DNA from: a virus
DNA length: 64,000 bases
Direction: 5' to 3' (one strand)
IMG/VR virus record: IMGVR_UViG_3300022747_000017
Positions within the stretch are counted from its first letter, which is position 1. The number at the start of each line of letters is the position of its first letter. Both the position numbers and the translations under genes were made by a program. Below, one piece after another: positions 18,266 through 29,948 of the stretch. The notes under the pieces were generated by a model. That model did not search any database. It saw only the letters and a program-made list of their open reading frames with translations, and was not told where the DNA came from.

Positions 18266-18700
18266 ATGAAAAATAAAACAATTACCGTTGATCTCGAAAC
18301 ATGGGACGCCTTGACGCCAACGTTATTAAGTAATACTACTGGTGGGATCCATCCTGGTCAAATGATGATTTTCACTGCGGGCCGCCAAACTGGCAAGAGC
18401 AGCTTGTACATGAAAATGTTGAAAAATAAACTCTACAGTACCAACTTATGTAAAGAAATCTTTTTACCAATGCACCCCACGCCAAAGCCAAAGTACAAAT
18501 TCACACGTGCCAAGTGGTATGTTGCAGACTTGTGGAACTCAGACCACATAATGGACGAAGTTCGAGAGTGGTGTGTAGAACAGTTTGGGCCGCGAGTTCT
18601 TAATCCCGATGCATGGACACGTTGGATTAATCATATGAACAGTACATTTAGATTTCGTGATGAAGCAGACTATGTGTTGTTTATGCTGAAGTGGCTATAA
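18266..18700 (+). CDS. LRW cassette with N-terminal P-loop-like fragment
   Basis: GGIHPGQMMIFTAGRQTGKS (Walker A pattern) fused to PKYKFTRAKWY...FMLKWL. Confidence 0.7.
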   Translation: MKNKTITVDLETWDALTPTLLSNTTGGIHPGQMMIFTAGRQTGKSSLYMKMLKNKLYSTNLCKEIFLPMHPTPKPKYKFTRAKWYVADLWNSDHIMDEVREWCVEQFGPRVLNPDAWTRWINHMNSTFRFRDEADYVLFMLKWL

Positions 18701-21700
18701 TGCACATACATTCATATCTAATGACAAGTGCTTACCAGCCCAATGGTCCGCGTTGGATGGCTGCATTTACTAACAAAAACATAGATATTACTCAAGAGAT
18801 TCAACAGTGGTGCTATAATGCATTTGGTCCCCCGGGATTCAAAGTTAACACAGACGAAATACGTTGGACCGACAGTGCTGTACGCGGAGAAATCATATTT
18901 GGGCGAGAAGAAGATTTAATGCTTTTTATGTTAAAATGGCAAACATGACCAACATTCTAATAGACGCCCAAAACAACACACGCTTAGTTGCCATATTAAA
19001 GTGGTGCAACGATAAAGTGGGAGATTATTATCTCCACAATGGTCTATGGGACTGGGACTTTCAAAAATTTGAATCCGGCGATACGTCAAATTGGGGAATC
19101 GTTGTTAAGTTTAAAGACAAGAAACACGCTACCATGTTTGCATTGGTATGGACATGAATGATCAAGCATTAACTGCAATTCAACACGCTTGGGCTGAATG
19201 GCCCGCAATCAAGCACACAGTAGTTGACTTTGGATTCAAGGACTGGTGCAAGCGTGTGCATGGATTTGAGTATCGCCACTTCAACAGTGGGCAGGCAGTT
19301 ATTACCACTGTACTTGATGAGAAAAAGTATGCGTGGTTCTTGTTGAGGTGGTCATAATGTGGTATCCTGTAGTAACTGTTGCATGTCGTAATATCATTGA
19401 AGTGTCAGAGCGTCAGGAATGGGCAGAAGAGCATGGCATGATGCTGCTTAATCGCACTTGGGAAGTCATTGATAAACGACAGTATGTTACATTCAGCTTT
19501 CGACATGAAAAAGATGCTACAATGTTTGCATTGAGGTGGGCATGATTAAAGAAAACCGCGCAGTGCAAATTAATTCGATCTACCATACGATCCACGAACG
19601 CCTGCGGGAGTTCGTGGCAGAGACTCCTTGCCTGTACGTAAATGACGCAGATGCAGTTAACGTGGTGTGTCATTATTTCCCCTGCTGGCAGTATAATGGT
19701 GCTGCCCCGTTTGAAGAAGTCATGCTGTGGTGTGAAGAACATTTTGGGCGCGACTGGATTTGGAGATTTGAAACAATCTTTTTTAAGCACGAACGTGATC
19801 GTGCAGTATTCTTGTTGAGGTGGTCATGATTAAAGTAAACGTGGACGCAAAGTCTGATGACAGATTGACACAACAGTTGTATTGGTGTTTTGAAACTTTT
19901 GGTGACGATGCTCGCACATGGGATTGGGGTTTTGCTAAGTTTGACCGACGTTCCGGTACTAAAGAGCAATATCTTGAATTTAATCAGTGGGCTGTATATT
20001 TTAAGTTCGATGATGATGCCAAGGCATCTGCATTTTTATTGAGGTGGTCATGACAGTTAAACTTGAATTAAAACCAAGGACAAAGCGACCTTATTGGATT
20101 GATGTTTGTCCTCCACATAATTGGAGTAAGTCTGATGCATGGCATTGGTGCATTGCAAACTTTGGACACAGAAACAAAAAGTACGACAATCCTCGTTGGA
20201 CTGCAAAAATGAAATATAGTTGGGATGGTGAATTCAAGTTTCTCAACGAACAAGATGCTATGCTGTTTATGTTGAGGTGGAGTTGATGTATTACACAGTG
20301 GCTTTGTTTGATCCCAACGATCCCACAGAGGGGTCTCCACGTTGGTGGAAAAACTTCATACGTGCCAATCCTCCAGGAACCCGATTCAACATCAGTGTCA
20401 CTAACGATCGATTGATGGAATACTCAGCAAACTATGTAGTCACAGGCGGTCAGGGCGGTGACGTGCAGCGATATCTTGACTTTTATGATCAGCGAGCTTA
20501 TACTTGGTTCTTGTTGAGGTGGGCATGACAACTCTTTACATTTCTGAGAATTACGATCAAAGTCCGCAGGTGTACAAAAACTTCTATAAAGCAGTGATAG
20601 AACCCAAGTTGTTGGGCGGACGTGGTAAATTACTTAGTAGCAGTGTGTTTCTTGACGAGTATAATGCACGTTGGGATAACCCATCTAAGAGCATTGTGTT
20701 TGATACTGAGCAAGATTTAACTTACTTTATGTTGAAGTGGTCATGACCTATGTTAGAGACGGCAAGTGGTATGTGTTTAAGTATCAAGTATACCCTGGAG
20801 CAAAACGCCGATGGTGTATTCAAACTTTTGGCAGCACTACCTGGGCCGATACTTGGTACTGTTATGACGGCAATTTCTTTTTCGAAAATGAACAAGATGC
20901 TACAATGTTTACATTGAGGTGGGCATGATGATACCCGAGTATCGTAATCGAGTAGCTGTTGATGATATATTTGCCGACGATGGCGGCGAGCCAACATGGA
21001 CGAAGGTGATTATTCCAGAAGGAAGATATAACCAGAGTTCCAAAGAACGCCTCCATAGTGTAAGAACATGGTGTAGTGAGAATACTACACAGAAGTGGAG
21101 TAGTTATATTAGGGTGTTTTTCTTTGAGAATGAAAAAGATGCTACAATATTTACATTGAGGTGGGCATGATTAGAGTAATGATTTCCGACCATGGTAATG
21201 AGTCACCGTACATGTGGTGGTACAAGTTTATTGCGAGTGTCAAGCACGGCAAGTATGGCCAAACTGTGGAAGAGCGCATAGATGTTCTTAACACTGAACT
21301 AATGAATTGGTCTGCACAATTATGGCAAAATGAACCAGTACCTCATGAACTGGGTACTACTATCAGCAAATATCGTAACGTATATCTTGACTTTTATGAC
21401 GAGCAGGCGCATACTTGGTTTGTATTGAGGTGGGCATGATTGTAAAAGAGTATTATCAAAATATCAACTGTAACCAACCCAAGGACTACTTTGAGCGTTG
21501 GTATGCAGATGTGTGGGCACGCCGAATTGGAACAAAGATCGCACAGCCCGGAGTGTTGGCCCGTATTCTTGATGAAGAACTTGAATTGGTCGGTGCCACT
21601 TATGAAAATACACAGCGTGGGTATAGATTTGAAGTAACGTTCAATGACGAGCACGACTATACCATGTTTGTATTGAGGTGGTCATAATGATTGATTGGTT

Positions 21701-23464
21701 ACAAGAACCCACAGCACCAACTGCCGAAGAACAGGCCTTTGACAACATGTTTCATTACTTTCTTTTCAATAAAACTGGCGCCAAGAATGTAGCTGAATTC
21801 TATAGACAGAATGGAATAAAGGTCAAAGATAGTCAGGTAGTTTTTGACTCACCACAACATAGAACAATGTTCTTATTGAGGTGGTCATGAGTAAATTTAT
21901 TATTAATCCTAGTTACAAACGCATCGGAATTGACTTTAATTTTAATGCCGATGAATGGGATGAAATTTACCATTGGTGCGAGGATAAACCTGAATACGAA
22001 ACATATTCAACTGGCATATACTATCAGACTGAGTCAGATTTAACAGCATTTTTGTTGAGGTGGTCATGAATATCCAAGTAGAGCATCTTATAGACGGTTA
22101 CTACATTGCCGAGCTTGACGAGCCACCATATGGGCTTGGCAGTGACATGTATTACTCCAAGGATTTCCCGGACACAGACAATTGGTGTACTGAAACTTTT
22201 GGCTCGCAAGACATGTGGGGCGAAACTCCAGTGTCTGGATGGAAGCGCATGCGTAACAAATATTACTTTGTTACAGAATCTGCATGTGAATTGTTTGTGC
22301 TGAGGTGGTCATGAAACTACGTGTCGACATCCGCCCATACTTCCAGAAGATTGCAGATTACTATTGGGACAACATTGGGCATACCATACACCACACTGAG
22401 TCGCACATAACCATTTGGGATTGGTTACAACGCGACTATTCTGCGGTTAAGGTTGGACCAGTGGGTAGTAAACCCTCGCTATGGGTTTCATTCCCAGATG
22501 AACAACACATGACTATGTTTATGTTGAGATGGGCATGATTGAACTAGATGTAGTTAATTCCGGTTATGAGTGGGAGCCATGGTGGGAAAATTTTCATAAC
22601 TATTATTCTGAGCAAGGGTATAATATGAATTCCAATGAAGAAATCGCCCGGGCATTGTCTGAATGGAATGCCATTGACCCGGACCCCGAGTCCACTAAGT
22701 TCTATTTTGAAAACGAGCATGACTGCTTGTTATTCATGTTAAGGTGGGTATAATGGCAACAGAAGCGTGGATATTCATTGACGGTCAAAAGGTTCGTATT
22801 CCATTCACTCCGAACGAAGCTCCGGAGTTTGGCTGGTACTTGGGTGCAGAGTATAAGAGTGCCTTATATTGGGATGAACATGATTTTGAATCAATCAATA
22901 CATGGTGCAGACAGACTTTTGATCCGCACACATATAAAATGTTTATGAGAAGTGTGTGGTTCCTGCGTGAGCAAGATGCCTTGTTGTGCAAGTTGAGGTG
23001 GACGTAATGGCCGTTTCGATGACCAAGAAAATATTGAAAAAGTTTCCTGCAACTAAATGGGAGTTTGAATACAATCCTGCCCGTGAGCGTTGGGAAACTT
23101 ATCGCACGCCAATGGATTGGCCGTTTGGTCTGTATGGATGGTTATGGGCAATTGGTAACCCACTTAGTGATCTAGCAGGTACAGAATCCAGTGGGTGGGA
23201 CTATCATGGTGGTTGGATTTTCATCTATGATGAGAAGTTGGTTACAGCGTTTTTGTTGAGGTGGTCATGAAGATAACATTCAGACTACGTGGCGATGGTG
23301 TAGTTAACAGAACATTCACTAGAGCATGGGATCACGCCCTTGAGAAATACGTAAGGATTCATCCAGTAACCACATCATACGAGTGGAATTTGATTTGGTC
23401 CACTACACATCCCGGAAAATTGATTGGACCGCAACGGCGTGGGACGTACCAAGTTGAGATGGAA

Positions 23465-23887
23465 GAAAAAGATTACATGATGTTTTTGTTGAGGTGGTCA
23501 TGACACACCACCATAACCCCAACCTAGCAGCCAATGTAACTTACACTGGCCAGCAGATACTCATGCCCATGATCAAACAACTTACGCCCGCATTACTGGC
23601 ACATAGTATCTTGGGAGTACAACCCATGACGGGCCCGGTGGGTGAAATCTTTACTATGAAGGCTAACTATGGATACCAACCCAAATACAAGTTCAGCCGT
23701 GCCAAGTGGTATGAAGCAGACCATCGTTACGATGATTATGATGAAGTCATAGCATGGTGTACTGAACAGTTTGGGCCACGGCCTCGACGACCGGATGCAT
23801 GGACACGCTGGTGTGACATACACATTGACCGTATCAGATTCCGCGATGAAAAAGATTACATGATGTTTTTGTTGAGGTGGTCATGAC
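23465..23887 (+). repeat. 40-nt exact direct repeat at two consecutive cassette junctions
   Basis: GAAAAAGATTACATGATGTTTTTGTTGAGGTGGTCATGAC at 23465-23504 and 23848-23887. Confidence 0.9.
23500..23886 (+). CDS. LRW cassette with N-terminal major-capsid-protein-like fragment
   Basis: ILMPMIKQLTPALLAHSILGVQPMTGPVGEIFTMKANY resembles the conserved GVQPMTGP segment of T4 gp23-family capsid proteins. Confidence 0.75.
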   Translation: MTHHHNPNLAANVTYTGQQILMPMIKQLTPALLAHSILGVQPMTGPVGEIFTMKANYGYQPKYKFSRAKWYEADHRYDDYDEVIAWCTEQFGPRPRRPDAWTRWCDIHIDRIRFRDEKDYMMFLLRWS

Positions 23888-25363
23888 GTTCTTTCGTAAA
23901 GTAAAGATTCCCGAAGCATACGCCAGAGTGGAGTGGTGTCGTGCCACATTAGGCAAAGACGTCACTGGCGGCAACTGGTGGAGACATCGCGGACATCTGT
24001 ACTTTAAAGACGAACAGTGTTACACTATGTATGTGCTAAAATGGAGTTAAAGTTCTAATGGAATGCACTGAATATAGTCAAATTCGTAATGTAAAACATC
24101 TTATGAGAGTATTAAACAAGAAATATTGGCCCTATCACGTGACAGTCAACAACAACACCGGAGAACTGGAACGTTGGTGCTACGAAAACCTCAAGAGTGC
24201 AAACTGGCGCAACGTTGGTCAGTACTTTGCGTTTAAGCGTGGTGCAGATGCTACTATGTTTTCATTGAAGTGGTCATGAAACAGTACGGCATAGTCACTG
24301 AGCGTTGGCATTGGGAGAAGAAGTGGGAAGTTAAGTTGTGGCTTGTTGAAAACTTCGGAGTCAATGGCGACCGGTGGGGTGAAGAATTTGACTATGGACT
24401 TGAGAACTTGTGGATGAACGAAGATGTTTATTCTGCATACCTACTGAAATGGGGAACATAATGGTTTTCTGCGAAAAGGACCCTTACTACAAAAACTCAA
24501 ATGAATATTTTCGTAACAACATTGATCACTTTAAAACAGCCTATTGGACATGGATGATTGATAACTATAAAACTGTTCTATTAGACAAACAGGGCAGTTT
24601 TAACTCAGGCCCTGACCAACACTGGGCATTCAATACAGAAGAAGATAGAACATTTTTTATGCTGAAGTGGGGATAATGGAACAAGAACTCATTGAAATAA
24701 CTGTAGGAGCAAACTATAATAAACGTGCTGAGATATTTGCTTGGGCCAGAGAAACATTTGGAGACCAAGTGGAGCAGCATGCAGATTTTCCTATATTGTA
24801 CTTTCGCAACAAAGCAGATGCAGAATTTTTTATGTTGAGGTGGTCATGAACTCAAAGCAACGAAGACAAGACAGACGCAAATGGCAATACCATGTTTTAG
24901 TTTCTCCTGAAACACGTTACGCCAATGGGTACGATACCATGTGGGACTGGTGTCTTAAGAACTTTGGTAACAGCAAAAAGCAAAAGCACCACTGGAGAGA
25001 AAAGTGGGGACATATTGGCACACACTGGCAATTTACGTCAGCCGAAAGTGCTGTGTTGTTTACACTTACATGGTCATGACAAAATATACAAGAGATACTC
25101 TAATGAAAAAGGCACGAATTAGCGACGAGCAACTAAATGCAATATACAAGAAGTGGATCTCTCCTCAGTTACAAACTGGGTACCGCAGCCTTTACACTGA
25201 CGATATTAATCGTGTGAGTTTTCGCTATGGGCCCGGAAAGCAATTTGAGGACTATGTCTGGTCATGCGGGGGACGTATTGGAAAAGAGCATGGCAAGCGA
25301 TATGCTGAATTCTTTGAAGAAGAGGATTTAATTATGTTTACACTGAAACATATGTAATCTTGT

Positions 25364-25573
25364 ATGGAAATCACACAACGAATACATAATGGTTGCGATT
25401 GCTACCCATGGACTAAAACGTTTGCATTGTGGCCAGTTAAAACAATTGGCGGAAGATATGTGTGGCTACGTACAGTTTATAAGCAACGTTTTTGGGTAGT
25501 ATGGGGCATTAGCTTTCACATGGAGCCACACGTAGAATACGCAGAATTATTTGAAATATTAGCAAATGACTAA
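25364..25573 (+). CDS. Small protein, W-x-x-x-FA-W-x-PV family (copy 1)
   Basis: PWTKTFALWPVKTIGGRYVWLRTVY. Confidence 0.65.
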   Translation: MEITQRIHNGCDCYPWTKTFALWPVKTIGGRYVWLRTVYKQRFWVVWGISFHMEPHVEYAELFEILAND

Positions 25574-25856
25574 CAAAGTATTAGATTGGCGTCATTTGTT
25601 CTTGCCAATTAGACATGCCAAAGACGACTTTGAAGCAGAACATAACCGCAGTTATTTAGATCCTGATGCAAAAACATTCATTGAATGGCTAGATGTAAAC
25701 TATGGTATTACATTGTTCTTGTCTGACGATTTTCAGCATTTAGAAGACAGACTGGAAATCTCAGATGAGAAAAAGTATTTGCTTTTTATGCTAAAATACT
25801 CTACATGAACACCATTAACTTACTGGGGTGTCCTTAAGGACATCAATCCTGTTTAC

Positions 25857-26081
25857 ATGCAATTCATTGTATCAACACCATCGTCTATTAAAAAAGGCAA
25901 CACTGAGTTTCCGGAACTTCCGTGGACTGCGTGGTTTGCATGGTATCCCGTTAAAGTGCACGAACAGTACAAATGGCTAACCACAGTTGTACGGCGTCCT
26001 AATAACCGTGTGGGAGTTACTCACAAGGATTTTATGAAGTGGGAATATGGAGACATGTTTGATTTGCTAAAGGTGCAGTAA
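25857..26081 (+). CDS. Small protein, FAWxPV family (copy 2)
   Basis: PWTAWFAWYPVKV...KWLTTVVRR...EYGDMFDLLK. Confidence 0.65.
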   Translation: MQFIVSTPSSIKKGNTEFPELPWTAWFAWYPVKVHEQYKWLTTVVRRPNNRVGVTHKDFMKWEYGDMFDLLKVQ

Positions 26082-27205
26082 TGCAGGTGATCAAAACATG
26101 GATTGTACACCAGTGGTTACCTGATGACGCAGAGTGGTTTGTCCAACAGGGCATTCGTTACCACATTTCATCAAAACGCATACCTATTCATTCCGCAGGA
26201 GGATCACTACACTACGCCCAAGGACCCACAGAACTACGTGTGCAAACTAATACCGAACATCAAGAAACAGTTCTGCGTTTAAAGTTTGAACCTGGGTTGA
26301 CTCTTATGCAAATAGCAACAGTACCTGCTGAATGGGCATGATTGAATGGATCAAAGACCGCTGGCTTACTTGGCGTACAGGCAAGCCCAAGGCCCAACGA
26401 GAGTGGGAAGCATGGTACGAGGTTAATGTCGTCTATCGTGCTAGCACTATCAACAATATGTTCATGCACTTTAAGCATGTCATTATAGTTAGTCCCAACA
26501 AATTCTTTGATCTTTGTGAGCCATTTGCCTATGTACCATGCGAAGATGCTCGGCAATACTTCTGGCCTGCTCGTCCACTAGGTGAGAATGCCGTTTGGAG
26601 ATTTGAACGAGTTATGTGGAACCAATGGCAAAAGTGTTGGGACATTAATGGGCTAGGCGATAGAGATAAAGTGTTTGTGGCCACCAATAATGACGACGAT
26701 GCTATAATGATTTCATTGAAATACGCATAATGATGGAATACGAAATTGTTTTAAACACCGAGAAACAGCATGTCTATCGTGAGAGGTACGGTATAATGGC
26801 AGCGTTTGCTTGGGCCCTGGATAACTTTGGTTTACCGGGCCAAGCGGGTAATGACCATTGGATTATGACCGACCTAGGCCGGTTTAAATTTGCAAGTAAA
26901 GCAGATGCTACAATGTTTGCTTTAGTATGGGTATAAAAGGTATATGTAATGGAACTGTTTTATGGTGGTGGGGGAAATCAATTTCCTGACTTTAGATACA
27001 AGGTGCGTATCAAGCGAGGCTCGCCCGAAGTTAATGAGATGATGAAGTGGTGCGACGATTACCCAACTGGTGATAAGGGCTATTTTAAACGCTACTACAT
27101 TGACTGGCGTGGTGGCGAAAAGAAATACGGCGACAGTGAATATACCATATTCCAATTTGAATGGGAAGAAGCTGCTATAATGTTTGCATTGAAGTTTGGA
27201 GCACA

Positions 27206-27562
27206 ATGATGATGAGTGACACTGAATTTGCTGATTACCAAAGTCGTTACAATGACGACCCAGTTGTTCAACGGCTTTGCAAAATGATTTTCAATGATCA
27301 TCGCATTGAAGATTTAGAATACGAACTTGACCAGGCCAAGGACGAACTTGGCTATTGCGAACGTGAGCTAAAAGAAGCCCGTTACGAAATCAAGCAGCTA
27401 GAATCCCGTACAATCGAGGACATGGCAGCAGATTTAGTTAATCAGGTAGCAGCCGCAGAGAGACGTAGCCAAATGTATCGTGAAGAGAAAGATAACATAC
27501 TGGCCAAGAACAAAGAACTGCAAGAAAAAATCAACGTATGGACAGTAATGGAAAGAACATAG
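27206..27562 (+). CDS. Coiled-coil hypothetical protein inside the array
   Basis: Heptad-rich, lacks the LRW ending. Confidence 0.65.
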   Translation: MMMSDTEFADYQSRYNDDPVVQRLCKMIFNDHRIEDLEYELDQAKDELGYCERELKEARYEIKQLESRTIEDMAADLVNQVAAAERRSQMYREEKDNILAKNKELQEKINVWTVMERT

Positions 27563-29948
27563 CCCTGGGCGAAGGGCGTGTATATGGCGCAAGGTATCTA
27601 ACTGTGCGTCCGGAAATCTGTTGGGATCTTGAAAGCGGTGATTGGGGCAATTTAGAAACTTGGCCTAAAATGATTAAATGGTGTGGTGAAACCTTTGGAC
27701 CAACGCCCGAGGACGGCGTATGGACACCCAATGCACGGTGGTATGTCAATGATTCAAAGTTTTGGTTTCGCAGTCAACTAGATCTTACGTTGTTTCTTTT
27801 AATGTGGGCATGAGACCTGTAAAATATTGGTGTACAATTCCTGTCAGTGTACCATGGCGTAGCACCGGGCACTTTAGAGACCTGCGTATATGGTTGTTAG
27901 ACAATGTACCAAATCATGGTGACTATGAGTTTGCTGGAGTGGACTCGGATCTTCTCCCAAATAAAGACAATCGTGTATACTACTTTGCACACGAAGAAGA
28001 TGCTATAATGTTCTCATTGAGGTGGTCATGATACGTTTGGACATTATTAAAGGCTATGGACCTATTCACGTGTGGAACAAATTTATTGCACATCTGCAAA
28101 ATCAATTGGGAGACTTTGCAGTAATGTACACCGATGTTAATACCGCACTAGCCGAGTATCGTGCAGTTTATCACATGGAAGAGGTGGGCAACATATTTGA
28201 AAGTGATGTTCTACATTGGGTTGATTTCGAAGATGAAGAATTGTACGCTTGGTTTATGTTGAGGTGGTCATGACTAAAATCTATGCAGACATCTATCCCT
28301 ACTTCAAGAAGGTTGCTAACCACTATTGGGATGATCTATACAAGTCCAATATTAGTGTCTGGGATTGGCTTGGCCGTGAGTACGGTATTAGCCACACCTT
28401 TGGCAGTGCAGCCAGCCAGCAGATAGTGGTGTCGTTTCCTGATGAGAAAACACTCAATTGGTTCGTACTGAGGTGGTCATGATTGAAATTAAAATCAGCA
28501 AGAAACTTCGTAATGTATACGGAGAAAGTGGTACACAGGTCGCTTGGAAGTGGTGCTTGGATAACTTCGGGCCACCAGAACCAAACGGCAAGCGTTGGGC
28601 ATGGGACACTATGCGTACATTTTGGTTTCATAAAGAAGAAGATGCTACACTGTTTGCACTGAGGTGGATATGAGTAACACAGCATATCCTTATCGCGTAC
28701 GCTACCAACGTACTAGTCAATGGTATCCTAACTATGCAACCTACGGCGATGGCGATTGGATGAAAATTAGTCACTGGTGTGACCACTGCATCGGTAAGGG
28801 CAAGTGGGATTACTATTGGAGTGAATTTGTATTTGAACGCGAAGAAGACTACATGTTATTTAAATTGAAATGGTTGTGATATGATACGATGGGACGAAGA
28901 AACAAATCTATATTTACTGACTCTAGAAGAGTACAATCAATTGCCCGATGGCGTTGAACTTACTAGTATAGGTAACAACCGTTTGATCAAGGGCCGTGAC
29001 GTCATTGACACGGATCAACGTTGGGGATACCTTGCATACGGAATAGTTGATCCATGGAATCACCCGCTCAAAGATTTGTTTCTGTTGTTTAAACTAAAAC
29101 AATAGTACTACATTTTAAAAATTCAAAAAGTGTTACAATACAGCTATGACAACACAAATTAAACTTGATCGCAAACATCACGATCGTCTCGAAGAGATTG
29201 AAACTTGGGCCCGAGAAAGCATTGGGCTCGGCAGTCGTCGTTTTGTTAAAAATACCTGGATGGGCATTGAGGATTGGTATTACTTTGAAGAACGGGTAGA
29301 GCATGTTCCCGATCTTTCCGAAGAAGAAAAGACTGAAGGTGTAGTCCAGCACGTTGATGCAAGCGACGACGAGGACAGCGATTTGATCTTTGTATTTCGT
29401 CGCGAAAGCGATGCTATGATGTTTAGTCTTCGGTGGCAATGACCACCACTGTGTCATTTGGTAAACGCAAATACCATTTGCAAAACGAAATGATACGATG
29501 GTGCGAAGAAGCGTTTGGTATGAATCCAACCTACACTAATTGGGTGTTTGGCGAACCAGTGGACTGGACAGATCTAGGAAATTGGTGCGTGGCAAGTATG
29601 TTTGGTGAAACTCATTTTTATTTTAAGAATGACGCGGAGGCTAGTGCATTTATTCTAAGGTGGAAATAATGTCAACAGTTTGGAATGGTCCTTATAAACC
29701 AAACAATCCACGCACCATACATGGCGCACAAAAACGTGGCTGGCACGTAGTCCAAGTGCCACGCAATTATATGGATCGTTACGATATCACCTGGCTTGGC
29801 ATTGGACTGTGGGCATCAAGACACAGTAATGGTTACTTTCTTGATAATTTTTTACTTAGGCAATTTGCCTTCGAGCGGGACGAAGATGCAAGCAAATTCA
29901 TCTTTCAATTTGCACTTTGAAATAAGTGTGTTTTTACAAAAGGCACAT

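Larger units (their letters stand above)
15769..29920 (+). other. Array of about 55 short coupled ORFs ending in F-x-L-[RK]-W-[SA] (LRW cassettes)
   Basis: Inferred units include 15769-15954, 15945-16205, 16183-16413, 16410-16616, 16613-16864, 16861-17070, 17116-17376, 17373-17570, 17567-17824, 17821-18042, 18039-18269, 18266-18700, 18700-18948, 18945-19157, 19154-19357, 19357-19545, 19542-19829, 19826-20053, 20050-20286, 20286-20528, 20525-20746, 20743-20928, 20925-21170, 21167-21439, 21436-21687, 21687-21890, 21887-22069, 22066-22314, 22311-22538, 22535-22753, 22753-23007, 23007-23270, 23267-23503, 23500-23886, 23883-24050, 24058-24279, 24276-24461, 24461-24676, 24676-24849, 24846-25079, 25076-25357, 25566-25808, 26081-26341, 26338-26730, 26730-26936, 26949-27209, 27538-27813, 27810-28031, 28028-28273, 28270-28482, 28479-28673, 28670-28879, 28881-29105, 29146-29442, 29439-29669, 29669-29920; most joined by ATGA or TAATG overlaps. 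Confidence 0.9.

Noticed and set aside
19340-24850. CRISPR array suggested by recurring TTGAGGTGGTCATGA
   Set aside because: Repeats are only ~15 nt, degenerate, 170-430 nt apart, and the spacers are intact ORFs; no cas genes in the window.
16607-29669. MVM/MGM/MAI-type starts given by the ORF track for cassettes
   Set aside because: These use the GTG/ATG inside the upstream Trp codon context; the SD position and ATGA/TAATG overlaps point to the ATG 6-9 nt downstream.
15769-29920. Integron cassette array (GTTGAGG resembles the GTTRRRY core)
   Set aside because: No inverse core RYYYAAC or attC hairpins, no intergenic space for them, and no tyrosine integrase in the window.
15769-29920. Diversity-generating retroelement as source of variation
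   Set aside because: No reverse transcriptase or template/variable repeat pair with adenine-specific differences; the variable part is N-terminal and non-homologous.
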